From Mytilus californianus (lineage: Eukaryota): a stretch of 64,000 nucleotides of DNA. The notes under the pieces were generated by a model. The model worked only from the letters and a program-made list of their open reading frames with translations, was not told the origin of the DNA and did not search any database. How positions within the stretch are numbered: the stretch's first letter is position 1; every line of letters begins with the position of its first letter. The stretch covers positions 11,780,001 through 11,844,000 of the forward strand of contig NW_026262712.1 in assembly GCF_021869535.1 (NCBI RefSeq), written 5' to 3'. This document shows positions 1 through 12,256 of the stretch, piece by piece. Position numbers and translations under genes: made by a program.

Positions 1-962
1 CTAAATGATTATCATTTAAACCTCATGTATAATGTGTTTTTACATTTATTTTGAAAAACGATATAAGGGATAGAAGAAAAATATTATGATGAAATAATTC
101 CTTCGTCTCGAAATCGCTCACAAAAAAGAATTAAGGAAACTACAGTAAAATAGTGTTGCTAAAACAACACTATGCCCACCATGTAATTGATGAGTGACTG
201 TACTTTTGTGGTATTTTGGAGGCCATAAGGATCCCGAAAAAGTTTGTATCTTCCTGGTAAAAACAGAAATAAGAACATATTGCAAAAGACATCATGGAAA
301 CACAATAGTAAAATAAATGATGGACAAGGAATGACGGAAACATTTGTTTACAAATTGGTAAATAAATTAGCAACCAATAAAAGATGAATGTTTCCTCATA
401 CTCCATGCCCTACCCTTTGGAGAAAAAAAAACCAAACGTTTGAAATTCAAATTAATTTTTTTACAACTATAGGGTTATTGAAATTCAACTATTGAGAGAG
501 ATGAAATAAATGTTGGAAATAAAAACAGAGCATCAAATTCTAAAGTAAATATTTTATTTTTTACAGTCGCTCCTCTCTAGTATGCTTGAAGAAATCTAGG
601 TGACTAATGTATTTACTCCAACTAACATTTTTGGTGAATAAAATGTATTTTTCGACAAGTTGGAGAAAAACAGATAATTTTCGTCCGGTAAAAACAGAAA
701 AAAACTTTATAAATTGCATACGTCCGGATCGCATTTACTTGCACCAGGAACGTTCAAAGGTGAATTTTAAAAATAAAGGTCATTTTGTTTTCTTGTTTTA
801 TTGCTTCTGTTATATAGCAAAACAAAAGCACTACATATTTAATAATCCAAGTATCCTAAATTCTCATAGAAGAGGCAAGTCTAGATTTTTTTAGATATAC
901 AATAACTGAGGTTATTCATGCAGGAATGGCCTATGGTCAGAACTGTTACTGACAACGAGGTT

Positions 963-1048
963 ACCTATAGTTATTAATTTCTGTGTCATTTTGGTCTCTT
1001 GTGGAGAGTTGTCTCATTGGCAATCATACCACATCTTCTTTTTTATAT
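963..1048 (-). repeat. Interspersed repeat family R1 (…gtggtatgattgccaatgagacaactctccacaagagacc…); other copies ~33930-34250 (+), ~36950-37060 (-), ~41375-41540 (+)
   Basis: The same motif recurs at four places in both orientations; boundaries approximate. Confidence 0.7.
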
Positions 1049-3757
1049 TAACCATGTGAAACTATACACGTGCTTTTAACACATATCTTTAAGTTGCTAA
1101 AGTAAATTTCTGCGCTTACCCAGCATATTCTCTTTGTTCACTACTGGATTCAGTACCTTGTCCTAAATTGTTGCATAAAGGAAACGTTTTTTATTGTTAT
1201 GGTTTCATGGAAACCTGTGATGGATTCTCTTTTTGTTTTTGTTATTCTTTTTGATAAAATACCTCAGATGATGTTCAGACATTTTGTGTTTTCCTACAGT
1301 TTTTTTTTCACTTAAAAAAACGAATATCTGAAGATGTATATCGTTGACACTATTCCTCTGTAGTATTTTGAAAGACGGCTGTTATAAAGTGTTTAGAAAC
1401 TTTAAAGACGTTTTGGGTATCAACGAGTGTTAGGTCAAACCGCATTAGCAAAAGACTTGTAAATAACTCAGTAGTTATTGGATAAGACGACTTTCTATTA
1501 TGACACGTTGATTTTTATTCGGTGTGTTTCAAACGGCATCACATGTACTATGTGAACGTATATGCGAGAGAAAAAAAAAGACGGGAGCGTTTGAAATAAT
1601 TCACAATTAATTAAACTGCTTTTTTACAGAATAGAGAGTAGCAAATTTATTTGGTTACAAATAATGCGCTAAAACAGATTGTTTTTAAATTAAAGTTCAG
1701 TATACACGTAGTTCATTTGACCATCAATAAGTTTTACAAAAAAAATTATAGGTAACGATCCGTCCTTCACTGATAAAATATTTATGAAATGGCTGATCCT
1801 TTAGTCCAGATATCAAGATCAAATGTTGGATACTTTGAATATTTAATTTAAAATATAATTTTAATCTTCTGTTTTGCCATTAGCAATTTTTAAATAACCC
1901 TCTATTTCGGTCAATGACACTTACGGTGTACGATGAAATAACGGACGCGTATAGGACATATATGATTTATACATCACTTTTCATTGAAATGCATGTGCTT
2001 TAAAATTGTGTTGTTATGAATTAACGCCGAGTCCGTTGTACTCGACAAGTAATTTATTACAACCATTTAGATTGGCAAAGTGAAAAACTAACATTTAAAT
2101 GGAGTTCCTTATTTTTTATGTTTCTGTATGTTGTTATCAAATCGCAAGTAATATCGATTGGATATTATTAAGGAAACGTCCGAGCACATATAATTACTAT
2201 AAATTGTGTGGGTTTCTTTTTGCCATTTGAATATGGACTTTCCGTTTTGAATTTACCTCGGAGTTCGGTATTTTTGTTATTATACTTCTATGAAGTGTTT
2301 TACTTTGGGTCTTTTTTGGGGTGGGGGGTCAAAACGCTCCAAAACAATTTGGGAAAAACAGTTATCAATACATCGTAGAAGACTATGTCACGAGGTAAAA
2401 TACACCCTTAACACCATGGTGTACAAACAACAATAACCTCACCTTGTGTCAACCAAAAGGAAGGGAAGTCGAATTATAAGTATTTAAATTTGATAATATT
2501 CTCGAATAACACGCAAATCTTGTTGAACATAAATTCAAGAACAAAACAACTAAATAGACGGGTACATTGTGTAGGCATCTGGGCAAAAGAGACATTAGAT
2601 TGAATACACATAAAATATAATTCATGTTTTATCCTTAACTACTCAAACATAAATGATTTTTATTATCCAAATTTTTCCAAGACAGCTAAAAAGTCTTCGT
2701 CTGGAAATATGAAATAAACGGAGAGACTTTTCGTTTCTTTGCAATCAATTTAAAATCGAAAGTTAATTTGATAAACTAAAGCTTTACAACCAAAGCAATC
2801 TCATATTAATCCAAGTAACAATAACAGACATATAGGCAACATGTTGACCAATATATAAAATGGTCAACCATTTTGTTTTTCTTTGTTGATATACATAGTT
2901 GTTTGTTTTTTTAGTGATTAAGATTATAACACAATGATGACTAAATAACATCCATTTTTTACATTTTGTTATCTATTATGCCTGTTTGTTTTGCTAACAC
3001 ATTGTTGTCAACATTATGGAATTCTATTAGACTATCATACATGTGAGAGGTTTAGCTAGCTTTTAAACCAGGTTCATAGAAAGGGATGAAACGAAACGAA
3101 ATTTACCAAAACAGAACAAAACGATATGAAATAAATATCTTTTGAAAAACTAAATATAACACAAAACAAGACGCTAACTTGTTTGATCTATAAGAAGAAA
3201 ATGAGTAATATATTTCTTTAGATTGAACAATTAATTAGTAAAACCTTATTTTGACACTTTGATTGTAAAGTATGTTCTTGATAAGTGATTGTCCTATTAT
3301 TTTGACCTATTATAGCTGGAATGGATTACAATTTATGATTGAAATGGATTAAATAGTTAAACCAACAAAAATCATAATACTTTGAAGTTTACTGATGCAG
3401 TAAAAATTGATATCGTTTAAGTGTCATATGAATATGAATAAAATTGCTTTAAAAATAAACAATATCAAAACGTTGCAAAAGGAAAGAAAGGAAAAATCCT
3501 TTGAACTAAATCTTAAAGCTAATAGACTTATATACAACAACAATATTTCAGATTACTGGATGCAAGGTTGGTAAGAATAGTATTTACATATATGGGTTGA
3601 AACAAGTTTATCTATTTTATTCTATTTTAAAGCATTTAATTCTTTTTTTTATATAAAACAAAAGTTAATAGTAAAAAGATCCGTATCATTGAACTGTAAA
3701 ATCCTTTATGCATAAAACAAGATTATAATACTATTTAACAGGACACGATTTTACGCC

Positions 3758-3793
3758 TATATAAGTTAACGCAAAGTTTATTCAGTTTCAATT
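3758..3793 (+). promoter_or_regulatory. TATA box plus initiator of secreted-protein gene A
   Basis: TATATAAG at 3758 and TCAATT with its A at 3790. The paralog has the same 32-nt spacing (TATATAAA 60414, TCAATT A at 60446). Confidence 0.6.
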
Positions 3794-3825
3794 AGACCAT
3801 TGAAAAATTACAAGACTGAATCAAG
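3790..3825 (+). other. Predicted non-coding first exon of gene A
   Basis: Ends at AAG|GTAAAT (GT at 3826). Matching acceptor TTTCAG| at 4163. Both sites are conserved in the paralog (60481/60482; 60827 and 61889). Confidence 0.55.
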
Positions 3826-4184
3826 GTAAATATTTCGCAACATTATTTCTATTAACACTTTAAAAGGTCTTCAACTCATTTAAACAAACCAGATACAAAG
3901 GTATGCTAACATAACAGTCTAGTAAATTATTATTATTAGCATTGTTATATTCCTTTTTTTGGGGGGAGGGGTACGAATTTTTTCTGTGTGTGAACTAACT
4001 TTTGTGACGAGCTATTCTTATTTGAAAGAAAAGACTGATTGAACAGACTACATCATATTCGTTGGCATGTTTCAGATAAAGGATTTTAGATCAGTCGAAT
4101 AGAAACGTTTTATGACAAAAACTATACAGCAGATCTTAAAAAAAACCATTATAACTGTTTCAGGAAATTTCGCCCTTCAGGAAG

Positions 4185-4266
4185 ATGTTACAAAAGAAAC
4201 CACAAATACTGTTGTTGATATGTTGTATAATGTTTGTTGATGTTGGGGCTTGGTTTAGAGGGAGAG
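4185..4266 (+). CDS. Gene A coding exon 1: signal peptide MLQKKPQILLLICCIMFVDVGA-WFRGR
   Basis: ATG, short basic n-region, hydrophobic core, small-residue cleavage site; donor GAG|GTAAGT at 4267 (phase 1); conserved in paralog. Confidence 0.85.
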
Positions 4267-5441
4267 GTAAGTCTTCTTATTGCCGGTTTCCTAGTTTTTG
4301 TAAATTAAAATATAAATCGTGTGTTTCATCGATTTACTATTGTCGAGCTCTATTCATTTATTGTTGTATACCTCATGTGATAAACTAAAACATAATAATA
4401 CTTATATGATTTGCAAATACGGAATACGTTGATATGATTGGTCGAGAGCACTTCCGGTAGTTGTTTTTGACGTTGTTTATTTTTCGAGAAACGACATTGA
4501 CAGAACTTTTTTTTGTAACCAATGAAAAAAAGATTGCAGCGATAAAAGCACATTTCAGTTTGACGTTAAAAACATGTTTTTTTTTCACTTCGCGTTATAA
4601 TCGTTAAATTAGATAATAAACACAAAACATTCATTTCAATGATAATAAGAGTTTAAGTTTATTATTTATTAGAAAGCAAATTTCATGGTGTACATATTTT
4701 TGCGTTTACCAACAAATATATTCATGCGCCAGACCAATTCAATGACACAAATATACAATTTACGTATGATACTGGTTACTAGTGTGGTAAAGTAAATTCA
4801 TTATCTCTAATCTTAATGAATTATAAGGATTAAACGCCTTTTGAAATAAATATATTGGTGTATAAACTGAACCAAGTCAATCACAAACATATCATAAAAG
4901 TCCTTCGGACGTCCATTTGTTCAGCGGAGAAGGAGCAACAATCAATTTCTACGTCTTTGTTTTAAGTCTTCTAGAAATATAGCATTCCCACTTCATAACA
5001 TCTTGAAATGTCAATATCTATAATGAAATTGGGTACTATTAGTTGCATTGTGTACTAGTGACCTCATACGACATATATGGGGACAGTTATTTCCATATTA
5101 GATGAGAGCAAAGCTCAAATCCCTAGATGGAATTTTATGACCTTACATATTGTATTAAGTCACTAGCATACTATGTAACAAATTTATCTTACCGACTATC
5201 TTAACATGTGGTTTTTATACTAGTGACCGATCAAAGTGACCAAGTCTTCAATACCGTTAGTATAAGTCTAAAAAAAACAAATGCCAATTAAAACAACTTG
5301 AAAAAATTATTTATAAAGACGGTACAACATACTCATATCAAGTAAAGATAAAGATGATTTAGTAATCAGATACTTCTGTCTAAAATGAAGACTCAAACGA
5401 GGAGTTTTAATATTATTTTTAATCATTGTTTTTCATTACAG

Positions 5442-5737
5442 CTTACCATCTCACGCATATTGCTAACGGAACACGTAATACCATAAAGATTGAATTGGTG
5501 CAGGGTACAAATACTTATACACGAGAAATCGAACCTAACACATACGTAAGGATCAGAACTGGAATCGGTCGCCAAACCTTGTGTGTTTTTGCTGTCGATG
5601 ATATTACGAGGGACAATGAAGTCTGTCGAAGTGAAAGAACTGATCGTAGTTTTGTAATCAGAACAAGTGGTGGACAACCCAAAATTTACAGAGCAATTTA
5701 TGGGAAGATTTGGAAGATCGACAAGAAAAATCCGTAA
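5442..5737 (+). CDS. Gene A coding exon 2: mature part of an uncharacterised small secreted cationic protein (AYHLTHIANGTRNTIKIEL…YRAIYGKIWKIDKKNP)
   Basis: Acceptor TTACAG| at 5441 is phase 1, matching the previous exon. 81/94 aa identical to the 63.5-63.8 kb paralog, with 13 purely synonymous codon differences (hand count), indicating coding constraint. Confidence 0.85.
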
Positions 5738-5857
5738 ATTCAATGATGTCTGATGTTGAAAAGACAGTATAAAATTGTTTTAAAACTACATTCTTTCAAA
5801 AAATTGTTCTTTTAAATTTTGTATTGTTTCAGAATAAATATTTCTCTTATCGCAATG

Positions 5858-5863
5858 AATAAA
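5858..5863 (+). promoter_or_regulatory. Polyadenylation signal of gene A
   Basis: AATAAA in a 3' UTR conserved with the paralog (AATAAA at 63948-63953). Confidence 0.55.
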
Positions 5864-5879
5864 AAATATATTTTATTAT

Positions 5880-6480
5880 AAAAAGTTAAATCACAAAAAT
5901 ACTGAACTCCGAGGAAAATTAATACGGAAGGTTCCTAATCAAATGGCAAAATCAAAAGCTCAAACATATCAATTGAATGGACAAAAGCTGTCATATTCCT
6001 GACTTGGTATAGACATTTTCTTATGTAGGAAATGGTGGATTAAACCTGGTTGTATAGCTAGCTAAACCTCTCACTTGTATGGCATTTGCATTAAATTCAT
6101 TATATTGACAACGACGTGTGAACAAAACAAACAGACATAATAGGTAAAGATGTCAAAAATAGGGGTACATCAGTCAACATTGTTTTATAACCTAATCAAT
6201 ATAAACACAAACAAATATGTAAACAAACATTTACCGTGGCACAATGACACAATGACGGGATTTATAGGCACAGAGCCACGTCACATGCAGCAAGGAAACA
6301 CAAAAAGGTATACAGGCAAAGCAAAATTAGCAAGAATGAAAGACAAGAATACAAAACATTTTATAAAACAATTACACAATGCATGACGGTATGTATAAGT
6401 ACAAAGCCACGTCATGTTTAACAAAGAAACACAAAAAAGGCATATAAACAAAGGATATTAGCAAAAATAGAAGACAAGAC
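5880..6480 (-). repeat. Interspersed repeat family R3 (…gactgtcatacaagtgagaggtttagctagctataaaaccagg…); related copies near 2900-3075, 8030-8270, 9620-9840, 27690-27930, 37170-37340, 43020-43380, 58530-59040
   Basis: Shared motifs recur many times in both orientations; boundaries approximate. Confidence 0.7.
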
Positions 6481-6523
6481 GGGTATATTATCACGTCGTG
6501 ATTGGTTTAACGCCTTCACGTGG

Positions 6524-6717
6524 TGACCCCCTATGGAACCGTACAGGGTTCGTAAATTTTATAGGTGTTCATGACATCACGTCTACTGTTAATGGTGACG
6601 TCATCTATTACTGTGGTTGTGTTTCATTGTTTATTTTTCAAAAAACGCAGCAGAAAAAGACCTCCGGCCTCACCCCTTATGGATTTTACTAATCCTCTAT
6701 GGCTACATAGGGGGTCA
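6524..6717. mobile_element. Possible ~194-bp MITE-like insertion
   Basis: Perfect 12-bp inverted repeat TGACCCCCTATG / CATAGGGGGTCA interrupting an R3-associated subrepeat; no clear TSD. Confidence 0.35.
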
Positions 6718-9700
6718 GTAGCGAACCATATAACTTATAGTATAAGTACAGAGCCACGTCATATGTAACAAAGAAACACAAAAAGCCCCATGACAAGAAA
6801 CATCTTCAAATCAACAAACATTCCTCAAGACAGGTGTTCCAACAATATGTCAGGCTCTACTTAAAAAAATAAAATATTATAAAGAAACATCTTGTTTAGA
6901 TTTGAAACCTTCACCTTTCACCTTTTAGTTTGAAAACTTTCACCTCCCTGATTTAATATTGACCAGTGGACTTACGTAAGATCTTTCATCGAGAAAATCA
7001 TAAAATCCTTGTACGGTCAGTACTTAGTTCTATAAAAGCGGAATGATACAAAACAAACAACAAACATAGTCATAGGCACATCATAACACTTTATCAAGGC
7101 TTTTAATTTCATAGAAGAGAAGTCTAGAGATGGCACTTTGTCTACACAACAATCAAGCCGTAAAGTGCTTCAAACTATAAATCTAATTGAATATTGATGA
7201 TTATCTTTTGCTTATTCATTGCATCTATTATCTAAACTATTCTTGAAACGTCTTTTTAGAACCATAGATCTTTCATTACTTATGTGTTATTATCAGTGAG
7301 TTCAAATGACGACAAAAGTATCTTGTAAACAAAATCGTCTGCACTTGCAATATACTGTACTGAAATTCCCATTGAATAATCAAAAATCTGCAAAAAATAT
7401 ATGGATCCAACAAAGAAAATAAACAAGCATCTTGATAATGTCAGTTTCAGAGAATTTTTCGTTTATATAAGAGTGGTGTATAACAATGTATGGGTTATTG
7501 GTGCCTATAACAAAATATGTGTATCTACAATTTGGAAATTCCCTAAATGAAACTGCTGATATATCCTGTCAATGTAGGACCAATACTCTTGAACTGTATA
7601 AATGAAAATCGTCATTGTCGTACTTGACCTCCATTTGTCATAAGTAACCCAACTTTATTATTTGAAAAATAGGCAATATTTTGTCAGTTGACATAGGAAA
7701 CACACGGAACTGTGTGGCCGCATACCTCCCGTACTACCCATAATCAATTACCGGATTTACATCAGAAATATCAGTCGAAAAGCTTAAATAAAATTTGAAA
7801 AGTTCAACACCAAAACTTGTAAGTTGTAACAGCTGGTGTCCTGGTGTACTGTCGTAAATGCATGGGACATGTTCATTGTTATTCTGTGGTTTACATATTG
7901 AAATTTCCTATTATAAATTTATGTATTTGTCTGTCCTGAGTGTCCTTACGTTTATTTAAATTGCATTCCAGTTATGTAATTTTGTCATTTTAGCGGAATG
8001 TTTTACATTGCCATATAAATTGGAGGTTTGACTAGTAATAAAAATAGGTTCAATTCACCATTTTTCTTTTACTATCCTGTACAGATTCAGGAATATAGCT
8101 GTTGTTAGCAAATGGTCGGTTTCTATGTATGTTCGCGTTTGTTTTTTCTTGCAGTTTAGTGTTTCTGTTGTTCCGTTGTTTCCTCTTATAGTTGATGTGT
8201 TTGTTTATGTCTATTCATTTCATGCATATTGAACAGCGGTAAACTACTGTTGTCTTTATTTACTAATGATCGTATGTTTTGTTTTGCAGGTTGTTTCTCT
8301 TTCAATTGTCTTAACATAATCCAAGCAAAAACTTTTTCTTGTAAAACAGTCTGAAACATTCTAACTTAATGTAGAATTTATGAATACTACACAGAATCCT
8401 ATGAGACCGACATTACAGGGCCTTTTTTCAGAAAAAAAATTGGAGGGGTCACCACATTCACAAATTCACCGAACATACTAAAACTAATCAGAAAATCATC
8501 TGGTACTATCCACACTTATCTGATACTTTCTGATTATTGGAGAAGCCCAAATCGAAAACAACAGTGATATTTCCCTTGTGATGAGTACAAAATCGGACTT
8601 AAATAAGACTGCATGTTTTGTTTGCTACAAGCTAAAATTTAGTGTCTATCATTGTGTGCAAAGATCTTCCTCACTATCTCATGTATAACTTGTGATGCTT
8701 GATCTTTAAGGTAACTAAATAGATAATCTGGTCAATCAAGAAACCTGGTTGTCATTATAATAAATGTAGCATGAAAGATGTCTTTATGATATGAAGCAAT
8801 AGTTTTAATGTTCAAAATATATTTACTCTTTATTTCATTTCACAACAATTATAGAAAGCTCCTTATAGAAGTTATTGTTACTTAAAATTGAGATTTTGTT
8901 CTACCAATGTAAACCTTTCATATTATCAGCTAAAAAACTGTGATAATGTATCTGATGATTATGAAATCAAAGTACAGGGTGCATTAAAAGCCTTATTTAG
9001 ACTGATATATGAGCTTTTAATTGAGGACTTAAATTAATGTCTGTTTTGAAGGTTGATTTTAAAAATTTAAAGTTTAATCTCTACGTCAAGGAAAAGGCCT
9101 TCTAAGTTATGTAAGTGTTTTGGTGAAAGATTTTCCTGGTTTTATGGTTAGTGTTTGGACCCGCAAATGTAGAAATTTCATGAACGTTCATTTGTGATCC
9201 TTGCATGTGTTCAATATTTTCTATTAAAAAAGATGTCGGTAAAAGTATGCAAATAATGTTCTTTTCTTTTTTAAATAAATGAACTTTGCTATATTTATAC
9301 TATAATATCTCTGTCAACATTTGTGATTTTGATAAAACTGTAATCTTTTCTACATAATACTTAAAGATAAGTCTAAATCTAAACTCAATTTTGTTATACT
9401 TCCCCTTTGTATGCAGGAAAGTACCCTTAGCGGATCTTCAAAAAATTTCATTAATATGTTAGGCTTACTACATGTATGCAACTTTCCTTGACAGTAGTAC
9501 AAGGTACATAAATAACATTGACTAAGGTGTCAAAAGTGGAATTACAATCATTTAAAAAAACGCTATTTTATCAACTAAAAAACTAAACTCTTAATGCTTG
9601 CTTAACAATTTTTTGTTAAAATGTCCTGTACTAAGTCACGAATATGGCAGTTGTTATCAAATAGTCCGGTTCTATGTATGTTAGCGTTAGTTTTTGTTGC

Positions 9701-9869
9701 AGTTCAGTGTTTCTGATGTTTCGTTGTTTTCCTCTTATATCTGATGTGTTTCTTTCGGTTTTAACTTGTAACACGGGTTTGTTTTCTCTTAATCGATTTA
9801 TGACTTTTGAACAGCGGTTTACTACTGTTGTATTTATTTAACGCCAAAGGCAAATTCATTGCACATAAA

Positions 9870-10000
9870 ACAATCGTCATAGATACCAGGATTTAAAATG
9901 TGTACGACAGGCGCGCGTTCCGTCTACAAAAGACTCATCAGTGATGATCCATCAAAAACTTAAAGCGTACACAAAGTACGAAGTTGAAAAACATTGGGAC
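9870..10000 (+). repeat. Interspersed repeat family R4 (catagataccaggatt…acgcgcgtttcgtctacaaaagactcatc…); second copy ~38815-38970
   Basis: Two clearly alignable copies. Confidence 0.65.
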
Positions 10001-10384
10001 CGGTAGAAACGACATGTATTTGTCATGTAAGTTGCGTGCTTACGAGAGAAAGGAGCCAAAAAAATACGCTACGCGACACACAAAAGTGCATTATTTACGA
10101 TTGAAATTGAAATTAAACAGCGATTAGATCTTACAGGATAAATAGCTTGTTATTGCTGGCATATTCTATATGGGTATGAGCTTTTGATTTAGCCATTTGA
10201 TAAGAGACTTTCCGATTTGAATTTTTCGTGGAGTTTGGTATTTTTGTTATTTTCCTTTGTTCACTAAGGTTCATAATTTAACTTTACTCTATAGACGCTT
10301 TCATGACAGTGTCAAAGAGAAAAAATAAAAGAAACGAAATAAATTTTCATTACCTCTTGTCGCCTTATACAAACGTTGACTTTT

Positions 10385-11765
10385 GTTACACTCTGGTCAC
10401 CTTACACAGATATTGACCTTGACCACCTCTGATCACCATACACAGATACTGACTAAGAAATTGACTTCGGTTTCCTCTGGTCCTCATCCACAGATATTTT
10501 GTTCTTTTGACACAGATATTGACTTTGGTTACCTCCTGTCAACTTACACTGATGTTCTGATAACTTTACACAAATATTTAATTTTTTTACCTCTGGTCAC
10601 CTTTCACATTTATTGATTTTAATTCCATCTAGTCACTTGACACAGATATTGACCTCTCTTCACCTGACATTAGGTTCTGGTCACATTACCAAATTATTCA
10701 ATTTGGTATACTTAGGTCACCTTACACAGATATTCACTTTGGTTAAATCTGGTATCTTTGCACATATATGGACTATGTTTATCCATGGACATCTAACAAC
10801 CATGTTGTTCTTTTGAAACAGATATTGACTGTGGTAACCTCTGGCCACCTTACTTACACATATGTTGATTTTTTAGCTACCCAATAGTGCCTAGCACAGA
10901 TATAACATCTAACAACCATGTTGTTCTTTTGAAACAGATATTGACTGTGGTAACCTCTGGCCACCTTACTTACACATATGTTGATTTTTTAGCTACCCAA
11001 TAGTGCCTAGCACAGATATTGGTTTCTTTACCTTTGATCATCAGACACATATATTGACTATGGTTATCTCTGGTGACCTTACACAGATATTGACTATTGT
11101 TACATCAGGTAACCTTACACAATTGTTCTGGTCACCTTATACATATATTTAATTTGGTTACGACTGGTCACCTTGGAAAGATTTTGACTATGTTTACCTC
11201 TGGTCACTTACAATGATGCTCTGGTCGCAACAAACAATTATTCAATTTTGTTATCTTTGGTAACCTCAAAAATATACTAACTACGATTACCTCTAGTCAT
11301 CTTACACAGATATTGACTATTGTTATCTCAAGTAACCTTACACCAAATGTCTTCACTTTTCACATTAATTTCATTTTGTTGCCTCTGGTCACCTTCCAAT
11401 GACGTTCTGGTCACATTACACAGTTATTCAATTTGTTAACCTCAATTCTCCTAGCACAAATATTGACGTTGGTCAACTCTGATCATCTTACAAAGATATT
11501 CACTTCGGTTACCTCTGGTCAAATTACACAGCTATTGACTTTGTTTTCCTCTGTGCACATTATCTACTCATATGTTGACTTTGTTTACCTCTGGTTTCAC
11601 ACAAACATATAGACTTTGATTACCTCTGGCCACCTTACACACACATTGATATTGGTGACCTTTGGTCACCTTGAGCATACATTGGCTATAGTTACCACTT
11701 GTCACCTAACAGATATTTTGATTGTTTATCTCTAGTCACTTAATACGGATATTGACATGGGTACA
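10385..11765. repeat. Degenerate ~36-bp minisatellite (consensus ~GGTCACCTTACACAGATATTGACTTTGGTTACCTCT) with an exact 116-bp higher-order duplication (10789 and 10905)
   Basis: Recurrent acctctggtcaccttacacagatattgact motif; many indels between units. Confidence 0.9.
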
Positions 11766-12256
11766 ACAAGCAAACAAAATCCCGTTAATATAACGTTATT
11801 CCAACGTAAATTTTAAGAAGTATTACAATTCATAGCATTTGCATATGCATATAGTAACAAGAAAAGGCAAAGCTACTGCTCCAGAAATGCTACTAATTTA
11901 ACTTATACTGGAAACCATACTATAATTAGAATGATTGTTTTTGTAAAAGTTGTAAAAGTTATAAATGAAAATCAGAGAATGGAACTTCTACACAAATGAG
12001 TATAATATACAGAAAGACTGTAGTATTTTAATTTTGGTATTTGTGAATTACAATTAACAACAGACAAAGAGAGACAACTCTAGCACAATTTTTAATCACT
12101 TTGTGATTAAAGGAAGGACTTCAACATAGTTCAGAAAATACGTCAACAACTCTTGATCGTTGTTCTTCATCTCATTGTTATTCGTTCAGTATTAATATAG
12201 GGTCTTCTTCTATGAGTATTGCAATTAATTGATTTCCATTGAAGTACATAAACTTA

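Noticed and set aside
4185-4388. ORFs 4185-4388, 61111-61296 and 61908-62102 as single-exon proteins
   Set aside because: They read through a conserved GTAAGT donor into intron; only the 5' part is coding.
10385-11765. CRISPR-like array (36-bp period)
   Set aside because: Units are contiguous and degenerate with no unique spacers, no cas genes are present, and the context is eukaryotic.
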